Shown here piece after piece: positions 50,077 to 61,600 of a stretch of DNA of 64,000 bases. Position 1 is the first letter of the stretch. Each line of letters begins with the position of its first letter. The DNA is from Pavona decussata. Its lineage: Eukaryota. The notes below the pieces were generated by a model. The model was not told where the DNA came from and made no database searches. It saw only the letters and a list, made by a program, of their open reading frames with translations. The translations under genes were made by a program, and so were the position numbers. Where the stretch lies: assembly GCA_977016875.1 (NCBI GenBank), contig CDRNST010000015.1:434001-498000 (forward strand), in the 5' to 3' direction.

Positions 50077-53000
50077 CTATAGCAAAGAACACAAATTGAT
50101 AACTATCAAGTAATGAGTAGTTTTCAATTGATTGTCGTAAAACCAAAGCCAAAACAATTACTCTGACACCTACTACGCAAATAACCAATCAGAATTCGAA
50201 GCAAGCACATGTAACTGGCGGCAAGAGCGGGAGCAAATCGTAAACCTTTTTCACTGTCATTACAACCACTCACTGCCTTTACTGAATTAAGGTATGGGAG
50301 GCGAGATTTTGCGAAGATAGAAGGTCGTAAGACAGGGAAACGAAAAGTAGGACACGTCGCCGAAGGGGAGGTGGGTGGGTGAAGAAACATTCTGAAATCC
50401 CAGAACGGCGTAACTTGGCGATAAGGACCAAAGAGCAGGAATATTTTGCTTAAATAGGCAGATGAAGTCCCACGAGACATGGGTGGCATTGACTTTAAAA
50501 CACCGAGGCGTTACAAACATACCAGCGTTGCACGCAGGCTGCTTTCGTGGTTATTTAGGCTATGTTCACAAGGGACCGTCCCAAATGGATCCGACCCTAT
50601 CCTGGAACAGAACACTTCTGTTGACAAGGCACCGTTCCGTTTATTAACGTCAGGCCACACGGGACCGGTCCGTTATGGTTCTTTACTCAATCGAAGTAAG
50701 AAAAGCAGCTGTTTCTACCAGTTAAGCATCCGCAGAATACACGTTGGCGCCAAATAAGGCTAATTCGATAGAGGAAGGAGATAAAGCCTTCAGATAGACG
50801 GACGATGAATTATCCCTTCTCTTAAAAGTTATTACAGATTACAAAGCCTGTGAGGTTTCAAACGGAAAAGATTGGGAAACTGTTCAAAGAAAATATGAAG
50901 ACATCATTGAAAGGTTTCTCGAAAGATATCCTTCCAAGATTTCCGATGGAATATTGTATTAACAGCCATTTGGACGACGGTCAGTTGCCTTAAGGCAGTT
51001 AAACCAAGAAGTATGCCGACCAAAACAACGGCTTTTTGCCTCCTCATGCATGTACTTCTAGACCGAAGCACGATAAATTCAACTAGTACCCAAGCTTAAC
51101 TGTGCTGCTAGTACCAAAAGGAACTGGTCCAGGTGTTTACACGGTGGCAGATCCATTTGGGACCGAAACGGTTCCAAAACTGGACCTGCTTTTCTGGAGG
51201 TCCAGTTACCGGACCTGATCGGGAACGAATTGACAGTACGGTGAGCAGGTCCCGTGTAAACAAAAGGCCTATCCGTCACAATTTTTAGACCAAAACCATT
51301 TGGAACTGGTCCCGTGTGAACATAGACTTAGACAGTGAGTCAGAATAGGGATTGGTTTTGGTCCAATCGCCTCTCATGGCTTTACAAAGAGGTGCGACTT
51401 TGAATTGAACTTCTAATTTCATTGGACCTGTATATCACGCAGCTCTATTGTTTCACAGTTAGTGAGGGACCATTGTCTTTGTCGTTTGTTGATTGCTCCG
51501 CTTTTGTTTTTGTCAGCCAGTCCTGTGAGCTGCTCTAAGGGCTGCGTATTGCTCTGCTGAGCCAATCACAGAGCGAAGTAAAGTAAAACCAAAGCAAACG
51601 GAAACTACTTTCGACACCCAAATGAAAGCTGGTTAAGAAAAAAAAATGGTTACAAAATATGGTAAATGAAGCCAATACCTACAAAAATTTAAGAGTTACA
51701 TCATGAGAACGCTACATCACTTTGGGAGACAAGTAGCTTAAATGTCGAAAATCTTATCTTAATTATTTAGTGGATGCTGTAATTCCGGAGTTTTGATTGG
51801 CTTAGCGGCGATGGTATATCAGCTGCAATACCATTCGCGAGAAATAACAGCTGAGATATTTTGATGGAAAATATTTTCAAAAAATAGTTTTGATTACATT
51901 TCAGGGGCGCAAAGAAAGGTTTTGGCGATTGCTTACGACAGTGTTGTCTCTAAAAGAAAGACTGGATTAAGGTCTGGCTGCCAGTCATCAAACAAATACA
52001 TGTCACGTTAATGCAATATGTTGTGTTGAGTTGTGAGCGTTTGAATAGACCAATTTCGATATATTAAAATTCAGCCTGAAACAATAAAAATCACTGCGAG
52101 GCTTCAGGGAATAAACCCATATAAACTCTACAATTTATTCCCCGGAGCCCCGCAGCGATGTTATTGTTTCAGGCTGAATTTTAATATATCAAAATTGGGC
52201 TATTTGTTTAGCATCTTATTTCAAAGTTCTTCGTATTATTATATAAACAATTAAAGTTTTACAGTACATAACCAGAGAGAAGATAAAGAAAAAAATGCAT
52301 ACGACAGTACTTAATCCGGCATGAGAAAAATTTCCATTTCGCTCAAGGACAGATGAGAAAAAAAGACTACCAACAATTCCAGCTTATAGTCTTATGGAAG
52401 TGGAAGGGGAGAGGGGAAAAAAGAAGGAGTGGGGGGCATGATCGTGAAGGTTCTAGCATGGGCTATAGGAAAAATGGGTTTCGACTACATAAAAAACTCA
52501 AATAAAGTTTCATTACTCGATTTTAGTAGTTTCTCCATGTATATTTCTGGTAGAAAAGCTTGAAAAACGCTCCACTTGTTTCAAAGCTATGCAGCCAGTA
52601 TTCGTTTAGGCTTAGTAACAAAGCGTCCCATGCGTAGGCGATAAGTGCACGAAAGTTAACTCATATTCCCCCCTGGGTAGGAACCAAACTCGATCGGTCG
52701 CAAGAAGCTCGTAAGAAGTTACAGTGCCCATCTCCATATAAGGAAGCAAATGGTGCCAGTGCCCCCGGGGGTCTGAAAAGGCGCTGCAAGTCACAGGTAA
52801 CGAAGAGGTGTGGGAGAGATTTTGGTCAAGATGGTCAAGAGCTGCTACGAAGTAAGTGGATAGTTGGAAGATGTTTTCATCGTACTATTTCATTTTTTTG
52901 TTTTGAATCCCGTGCCATGGGGCGACAAACTAACTTCCTTTCAGGTTTTGAAATAAATAGCGTCCTTTAAAATCCATTTACTCCGGTTCAGTGCTTGAAA

Positions 53001-54836
53001 GCTGTTTCTAGTGTTCGATTTGTATTCAGCATTGGTTTGAATAACGATTGTTGCGATTTAACCGCTTAATTGAACATCATCCGACATTGAAGCCATCCGA
53101 AGGGGCCGGAGTTGGCGCTCTCTCGAGCTGAGAAGAAACTGAGATTCAACAAGTAATGTTTGGGAAAGTCCTAAATAAAATGTTATGTATGCAAACTTTT
53201 GCTTTGTTTGTGTGCTTCGTTTGAAAACGCATACTTTTCCATGCGGTTTCACCTGTTGTCCACACTAAAACGCGCGAAAACGCCCATGAAAGCGGAGACT
53301 TTTGAAAACGCTTCGTTTCTATAGCGTGGATGGATGAAAACAGAGAAGAGAAAGAGAAAGAGAAAGAGAAAAGAGAAAAATCTAAATTTCCAGTACTTAC
53401 CATCTGGTTAGTTCTCCGCTCAGTGGAGATTTCCGAGGGCTTGAAAAGGTGGCCACCAATCTGTTTAAAATAACGTTTTTTACAATATAGCTGAGTTAGC
53501 ACTGTTACAATCCTGTCACCCCTTTTAGAGTCAAATTTTGATTTTTTTGTTGGATCTTCACATAAAGTCGTTAACGGTACCGTTGGCTGGAAGCTACTGA
53601 AGAGCTATTGCTGGTCTTTCTTAACATTGGTATTTAGAAATTAAAAAACAACAAAGAAACAAAAGCAATCATAGTTTTACCTCTGCTTTTACGCAAACAT
53701 GTTTAGGGTGAAACATTTTTTGTCCTGGGTCACAAGACTTCCTTCCTGTTCCTTTGGTTTTATTTCATTGTGAACAGTTAACAAGAAATTTCTTAGGCTC
53801 CTTTACCTGTAAAGGGACATGAGTCACAATCGAGGTTGCTTCATTCCCACGGTTCACGGGCGCCATAATTACACAAGGACGCTGGTTTTCCTCATCAAAG
53901 ACTGCTAAGTCAGAAGAAACGTTTAAAGATGACACGTGGCAAACACAGGGGCACCTGGCAGGGCAACTGTAGTTATTACCATCAGCGTTACTGATTAGAG
54001 CGTGAATCAACTGCTGTGGACCCTGTTGGTATCCCCGTGGACGGTAACCACCACTGTTATTATATAACGGTTGATAGACCGCCGGTGCTGCACTGTTTTC
54101 GATTCCTTGCATCTGGAAGCTTGTTGTTTGCATCTGGTTACTTAAGTGGTACAGAGGCAATTTGGCTTTACAAGTCACATGACTTACTGGACCGTCTTCA
54201 TCTTCAGACACGATTTCCTAAACAGGAAACGATAAATTAGGTGGTACCAGATTGATTAATTGATTGATTGATTGATTGATTGATTGTTTGATTGATTAGT
54301 CAAGACTCTTCTCTCTCACTCTTAATACAGTTGAATTATGAAAACTGAATTGTGATTAAATTATAATCATACAGTTCAAGCCAGCTAATTTTATTCCTGG
54401 ATTAAATCGTCCACACTCAAAGTTTTCTTGCCTTAAATTCACATTCTTGTAACATTTGTGCAATTAGAGGTTTTCGCGAAAAATTACGATAACTTTAATA
54501 GATAAAGTTATATTGCTTTCCACTAAAAGGTTGACAGCAGTTTTTCCATAAAAAGAAAACCACAGTTTTAATTCTGTCGGAAATATTTCTCTTATCTTTT
54601 TGCGTTTTTTTTCTTTGTTAAGCTGTTGAAATTTCCACTTAACTGTACTTTTAAAACACCTGTCAGAAGGCTGTCATAACATGTCTTACCGAATTATATA
54701 ACTTGTTGTATGGAGAAGAAGAACGCCTTAGGAGTATTACTAAAAAAGCCAATCGATCAGTAATTACTCAATCAATCAATCAATCAATCAATTAATCAAT
54801 CAAGTAAGCAATCAACCAATCAACCAACCAACCATG

Positions 54837-54871
<35 letters not shown>

Positions 54872-54956
54872 CCCACCAACCAACCAATCAATCGATCAAT
54901 CAATCAATCAATCAATAAACCAACCAACCAGTCAACCAATAAATTAATCAACCAAC

Positions 54957-54987
<31 letters not shown>

Positions 54988-55675
54988 ATACGGGAATAAT
55001 TTTCATGCTCCATAAAATACTGAAGCCCGGTGACTCATCCTTTATTAGATAGATGTGGATTGGAAAGCATGGAGAGGAGATAGTGCCCAAGAGCAGTAAC
55101 ACCCTAACGTAACGGTAATGATACGTTGTTCACTGTAGGGAAACATTTAAGCTAAAATATCTACAATGAAATGGTAGCTAAAAAGTTGGAGAAATAGCCA
55201 CACATTGGCGGACTCCACTGTCATCTCAGGACCTTAAGTTTAAGTTGTTCCTTGGTCCTTGTTCCTGGTGATTTCATTGAGCTATACATAAGCACTTGGA
55301 TAAGATTCTCACCTCTATCTCTACAGGGTACATTGACCTGAAAATGCGCTCCTGGATCATAGTACCAACTTCTGTCATCGGTGGCAGTTGAACAAAGCGC
55401 CTATCAATCTGGTTCTCGCTGAATTCTTCATAGAAATCGTCAGGTAAAGATCCGCAGACATTGGTTATTTTTATACAACCCAAAGGGTCTGTATAGGGGT
55501 TTGGACCCTGCGGCAATGGAGCGGTGTGATGATAGGTCGCTTGGGAGAATGACTCTCCTTTTTCCTGTTTCACAGGCGTCCCACTTGTAATCATTAATGC
55601 GTAGTGCTGGTTATTTTCAGTGGTGTCTACATCCATCTTCCAGTCACAATCAAATAATTCTTTAAAAGAGAACAT
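49678..55675 (-). CDS. Spliced gene (intact copy B), ~410 aa; low-complexity N-terminus plus C-terminal Cys/His domain resembling MULE/FB-NOF transposase DNA-binding (WRKY/GCM-like) domains
   Basis: Exons 55675-55313, 54217-53807, 53460-53401 and 50076-49678 (363+411+60+399 nt). All junctions have GT/AG sites, are phase 0, and join into one open frame. Extra exons cannot be excluded. The domain assignment is from remembered motif similarity, not a search. Confidence 0.75.
50558..51327 (+). mobile_element. Same Harbinger/Myb element in copy B, lacking the nested MITE
   Basis: Same TIRs, TTA TSDs, empty CTG site at 51215-17. Confidence 0.85.
53401..53460 (-). CDS. Coding exon 3, copy B (IGGHLFKPSEISTERRTNQM)
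   Basis: Acceptor TTTTAAACAG, donor ATG|GTAAGT, 60 nt, phase 0-0. Confidence 0.7.
53807..54217 (-). CDS. Coding exon 2, copy B (EIVSEDED...THVPLQ)
   Basis: Acceptor TTCCTGTTTAG, donor CAG|GTAAAG, 411 nt open frame, phase 0-0. Confidence 0.75.
54250..54298 (+). repeat. (ATTG)n microsatellite (shorter in copy A, 11725..11753)
   Basis: Directly visible. Confidence 0.9.
54749..54988 (+). repeat. Compound tetranucleotide microsatellite (CAAT)n/(CCAA)n
   Basis: Directly visible. Confidence 0.95.
55313..55675 (-). CDS. Coding exon 1, copy B (MFSFKELFDC...YPVEIE)
   Basis: ATG at 55675, donor GAG|GTGAG at 55313, upstream acceptor TTTCTTTTACAG (so a 5'UTR intron exists). Confidence 0.75.
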
Positions 55676-58600
55676 CTCAAATTCTTGTGCCTTTTAACAC
55701 CAACGTTAAAGCGTTGAAAAATAGAGAAGTCTGTAAAAGAAAATTAAAAAACAATCAATCAATAACATGTCATCATTTTTGTCCCCAGTACCGCGACCCT
55801 TTTGGCCAGCGCCCATTCTCGTGCCCAGAGTCCTCTGGCTCTTTGGCTTACGGTTGCTCGCCAGGAGAGACTCTGGAGAATTAAAAAAAAGAAATACATT
55901 TTACTTTTTCATCGTGAATTTTAAACGGAAAAACTCTGAAGAAGCACTGGCGTTACTTTCAAACTAGGCAAAGTTTGTGAACTTTGATGTTTTGCTTCAA
56001 CATGTTTTACAGTTTTCGTCTTGTTCAACCAATGAAATTGTTTAAAGCATTCTAACAAGGATTGTGATTGGCTTATTTTAGCGTGATTTATGAGGGAGAT
56101 GAGAGTACAGATGCACGCTGACGCCACTACTGTTCGTTTGGAAAAGAAAGTTTGTTTTGAAAATGAGCGTGAATGCGTGGAGAAATAAAATGATTCTTTA
56201 TCATAAAACAAATGAAGAAGCCTCGACTGTCCTTTGTGCTGTTGTAAAGCACTTAGGAAGCGGCTGGAGCACTCAAGAAGTAGGGAGAAACACTCGACTA
56301 CGTACGTCTCGTGTTTCAACGTACACTTCTTTCGTGCTCAAGACGCTTCCTGCGTGCTTTTTACAATAGAACAAAACACGGTCGAGGCTTCTTTATTTGT
56401 TAAATCGATCGTTTTCACGGAAAGGTCAAGTTCCTACTAATTTAACTCAGACAATACCCAGTGCACGTTCTCATCACATGAGCTTCAGCTGCCTGTGCTT
56501 CGACGCCCACTCATAGACGATCAAAGGTCCGCTTTTTGTGCATGAGTGGTCATGCCTTTTGTTTTTGCTATCTGGTTTGTTGAATAGGGATCAAATCCAC
56601 CATAAGTAATACAACAAGTACATACTGTGCTGACCTAAAGAATTCCCTATCCGAAGCGGATTTTGCTCTGTCACTGGCCGGTAGTCCTCATATGAGTACC
56701 GGAACATGCACATATTCCAGCGGTTCATTTATATCCTCATTGTAGTTCTCTTTTTTTTGTCAACGATCGCTGCTCAGTTTTAAAAATTTGGATTCTTGCT
56801 ATTTGACCTACCTACTTACCTAATTATCACCTTTCTAGCATTTATTTATTGGTTTTCATAAAATTTAAGTTAATTTGGATGGTTTTCTCCAGTTTTAAAG
56901 AAATCGAGGCTTCCAAGATAGTAAGATAGTAAGCTGATCCAAGATGGTGGCTTTTCAAAATAAATGTTATATGTCACTAGGTGATATGTTTTCAGCAATG
57001 GTTCAATGGCAAGGATCCATTATTGATTTCCTGTTTTGTCTCGTGATTCGAGGCAGATTCTTGCCAACAAGGCTTTGTCTCACGGAAACTTTAAAGACAT
57101 CGGGTCATGGCTGTGAATTTCTGGCACTGACATTATCAGAAAAAACGATCAGTTGTGTGCGTCGGCTTGTCATGTAAAACTCTCATGTGTCAACTCTACT
57201 GAAATTAACCCCTTAAGCTTCAGTATCAACATCCAAATTCTCCTAATTGTTCCACATATATTCCCTTTGGTACCAGTTGGGAGAATTTGCTTAAATACCC
57301 ATGCATTTCATGTTTGTTGATCATGCCTTTCATTCTCACTAAATACATGTTTGATCAAGTAGTGATGTCTAAGGGAGAAACCTGATGCTGATCACTATTG
57401 GGGCCCTGCCCAAAGAACGCAAAGAACGATGAGCAGTCGTTGGACCACGACAAAAAGCATGTTCTTGCTTCTGCATGGAATGATCGTCATACGGTTCCTT
57501 AAAGTCATATATACGACAAATATAAGGACGTGGCATGGCATATTCAGAAGGGCAAGAAAGTGTACGGATCTTATAGACTTGTAACAGGAATTTCGTATTC
57601 CGGATAACTGAAGGGAGAACTTTAACACCCAGCGTCCACACACATAAGTATATCTCGCCGTAAGCTTGATGCCGGTTTGACCAGCTAACCACGATAGCGC
57701 AATTAGAAAGCGCAAATTAACTGATTTTCAGTTGCCGGGCAACTGAATCAGTCACCTTGGCTCTATCGAACATTAACTGAAGTTACATGTTTACTTTGGA
57801 AGCTTACTTGCCAGCGAAATGGCAACTGAAGTCGGCTGTTGCCTCGACCTAGCCAGTACTACATGGCCTAAAGTCATTTGGAGCATTTGCTGTTAGTCGA
57901 TACGAAAAATTTGGCTGCCTTGAAGATATCGCGTGGAAAGAATCGTGCAACTTCCAAAGTTGTGGTTGACATCAGTTTATTCAATGCACGTGGCTTGGCT
58001 TGCTACTGCTAACAGAACACGAAAGTTGGAACAGCGAAAGCAACAAAAATGCAACTTGGAAAAGCTTAGCAGAGAAGCTACAGTCACCGCATGTCATCAT
58101 TTTGTTGTAAAGCAAGCAAATATACGTTTTCTTCTCTCCTCACTTGTAGACAATCAGTACTTGTTAATTGTTGAATGTTAACATTCAAATGTATGTAGCC
58201 ATAGTAGTTTTAAATGGGTGAAATTTATTTGTTTCATCTCAGTTTTTAATTCATACTACATGGTTTTTGGATTACACTTTCACAAAATGCTGCAGATTTA
58301 TTTACTCAAATGATGGCATTCGAAAAACAAAGCCTTGTGGCCGAAATTAGAAATGTGACTGAGTAATTTATGACTGATCACCGCTTGACACCGAAATGAC
58401 CTCACAAAAGAGACAGTACCGAATTATTCAGCTTCAAACTATTGCCTGTACTGTCACAACTTTTCTTTCAAAATAGAAGAGCTTACTAGGATTTACTAAG
58501 TGTTTCGAGCTTCACGGGAAGAGATCTACCTCGCAGAGCAACAGCGCAAGAGGAAAATAAAACAAAAATGATATAAAAAGATAAAGATGAAGTAAATATA

Positions 58601-61600
58601 TAATTTAAAAAAAATATTGAGTTAATGATCATTTTGGAAATTGCAGCTTCCTCTCTTAAAATACTAAAAGACCTTGTATGAGGGTTTCAAAATTATCAAC
58701 CAGTATTTTTTTTTATCTTTTTGTTACTCCACTTTCTTTGAAACTATACCATGACTAACACAGATTTCCAGACCGATTCAGTGAAGGCCGTGAACTCAGA
58801 ATTTAGACCCTGTTCGAAGTTGTCAGTTCTCGCTCACGTTATATTTAAAGGCAAGAAATTGTGTAGAAATAAATAGAGCCCAGAAGATATTTGTTTTAAA
58901 GCGTCCGGCTTGGAATGAAGTTTGCTGCATAAATTGTTGGATAGTCGCAGAACAACAAATAGTAATCGGTGAATATGCTTATATTGAATGTCCAGAAAGG
59001 CACGCTAATGAGACTCATGAACTGTATGATAGACATCACAAGGTGGCCCCTAACCTTAATTCTTATTAAAACACAAATAATTCTGTCAAACATGAAGTAA
59101 TGTGAAAACGACAAAAAGGTCTGTTTTTTTATGAAGTACCCAAATTCAGGGTAAGGTGTATTTCTGGACATAAGTGTATATTGGAGATATATTGACATAC
59201 TTAAAAGAAAAATAATTTTAACCACATCGAGATCAAGTTTTGTGGAAGTTGTAAATGAAGGTAGCCCAGAAATAATTGAATATGCGGGTTGTTGAAGAAT
59301 TGTTCCATTTGCTGGCCATTGACTAGGTGAGGTGATTGGCATGTTTATACTGCTAAGGATTTTGTTATAATTTAGTCCGAAAAACAGGTCGCAAATTTGA
59401 CAGACAATTTGACAAATTTGACAGGGCGCAAATTAGATCAAATTCTTCTGACAAAGACCGGAACACAAACACAGCTTGCATGCTTCTTTGATACACAGTC
59501 GTGAACGAGAGTTTAAGTGGGTTATTTACAGAGCTCTGAAAGAAAAACCGAGACGAAATGCTGAAGGAAATGTTTTTGTAACACAGTTATTCTCTTTTCC
59601 TTTACATCTTTTCACGTCGTATGGTGATCCGAATCATGATTTTCTGTAATTCCCTAACCTTGAATTATTTATACTATTGCGTTTGTGCCTTCACTGAAGC
59701 ACTGATGCCATTAAATGCGTTTAACAATGATAGGTATGTGCCAAAAAAAAAAGCAACATGTTTTGATATGTGTAGAGTTCAAACTTGCGCGATATTTCCA
59801 ATAAAGGCTTCCCCCGGAACTTTACTAAGACGTTGAAATGAAAATCGCATATTAGGTTTACAAATGGATGGAAATTAGAGAAGTTTTTTTGGTATTTATT
59901 TCTAGAATATGATTTGCTGTTTGATTATCGAATTTTAAGTTTGATTCTACAGCCAGTACAAGGCCGAGCCGGAGGTCTATATAAAAAGGGGAAATAAACC
60001 TGGGGGGTGGTATTATTGCACAGCTTTTTTCGCGACCGATTATAGCTACAGAAGAATTCTCAGTCGTCTTTTGTGAATAAACTTCAGCAACTATGTTCAC
60101 AATACGCGATTTATGGAAGAAGAGGACGATTCGAGATAAGTTTGCGGTGGTGAAAACATTTCATTAGCTAGTACTGTTACAAGAAATTAAATGCCATGAA
60201 TTGGATGTAGAAGTGCAGATAGATTTATTAATAGAGAGCTTGCTTCAGTTGTAGTATCGACTGTTGCTCGCTTTCTGACTCTGTTAAACTTTATCATTCG
60301 TTTTGTGGCTTCATAAATTCTTCCCAGTTGACTTTTATTTAAATGACTGTGACTTTACCAACGCTTTACAAAATAGTGTTTGGGTCATAGTAGCACAAGG
60401 ACATTAATTATATGCTTTTTTATTATCAGTGTTTATTATTTGGGAGTAAAAGCATAGACCACCGAATTTTTCGGTAATATTCAGTTGTACAAGTACTAGC
60501 GTTCAGTGACTATTGGAGTCAGGTGACTCCTACAAATGTTTTGGGATATTTTTTTAAGAAGCTGGTACTAAAGTGTATAGCATGAATACTTGTGCGATTT
60601 TTGCATCGACTTATATATTGTATTGTGATGCCATAATTAGGACACCGAGACCTGCTTCTGCGCTGGTGTGTTGCACGTTTGATAGAAACATTTCATCTCA
60701 GCCTACAACTGCTAACTTTTATTCGCTTTATAGTAATTTTCATTTGAAGAATTTGTAGTAATCAGTGGTGTTTACCCTTCTGACCGCGTTGCAAATGTCA
60801 AATCAGTCAAATGATTGTGAGCTGCAGTAACTACTAAAAGAATCACAATCAACAAGTTTCCTCTGTACTCAATCGAAAACTTAACATGGTCTATTGGCTA
60901 AAACTTCCCTGCTTTCTTTATACAGCATGTAAACAAAGTCATGATTTTATGAATAACTGTAGAAACATTAACATTGTTAGCATAGCAGAGTGTAATCTAT
61001 AATCGAATCCCTTGAATCACTGCAGTATCACAGCAGAAATGTTTCCAAGTGCTGTAACTTAATTTGTTGCTGGCTGGAAGCCCAAAAGAAACATTGATCT
61101 AGCCGACGCCGTAAAATGAAGTTTAGTTCGAAACAGTTGGCCCAGCACTCAACATAACAAATCGATAGTGTAGGTGAGCAGTTCTATTTCCGGAATGCCG
61201 GAGGACAGTTTTTGGACAACATGGCGTATGTCATGCTGGAAATAGGGAGTTGTAATTAGGACTACTTAAGAGTTGTTTTTAAACTAATTGGACTCAGTTG
61301 CCATTAAAATATTAAAACTTTGTTGGCCCGCTATGCTACATTTTAAGCTGACAGATTTTATGTAAAGCAATCGAATAGCTAAAGTGTAAGGTTTACTTGC
61401 TCTTTGCAGAGTTTAGAATGAAATGACTTTAATAGATGAAATTTAAAATGATCAGAATTAAAGAACACTGGATTTGACTGCTCATAAAATATTGCTGTTA
61501 TTTTCAAAGTCAGACGACTTTAGCTGTCGTAACCAACACCACCAGAGCAATGATATAGTCGGCAAAATGCGGAGCGTTGATTCTTGTTATATCATATATT

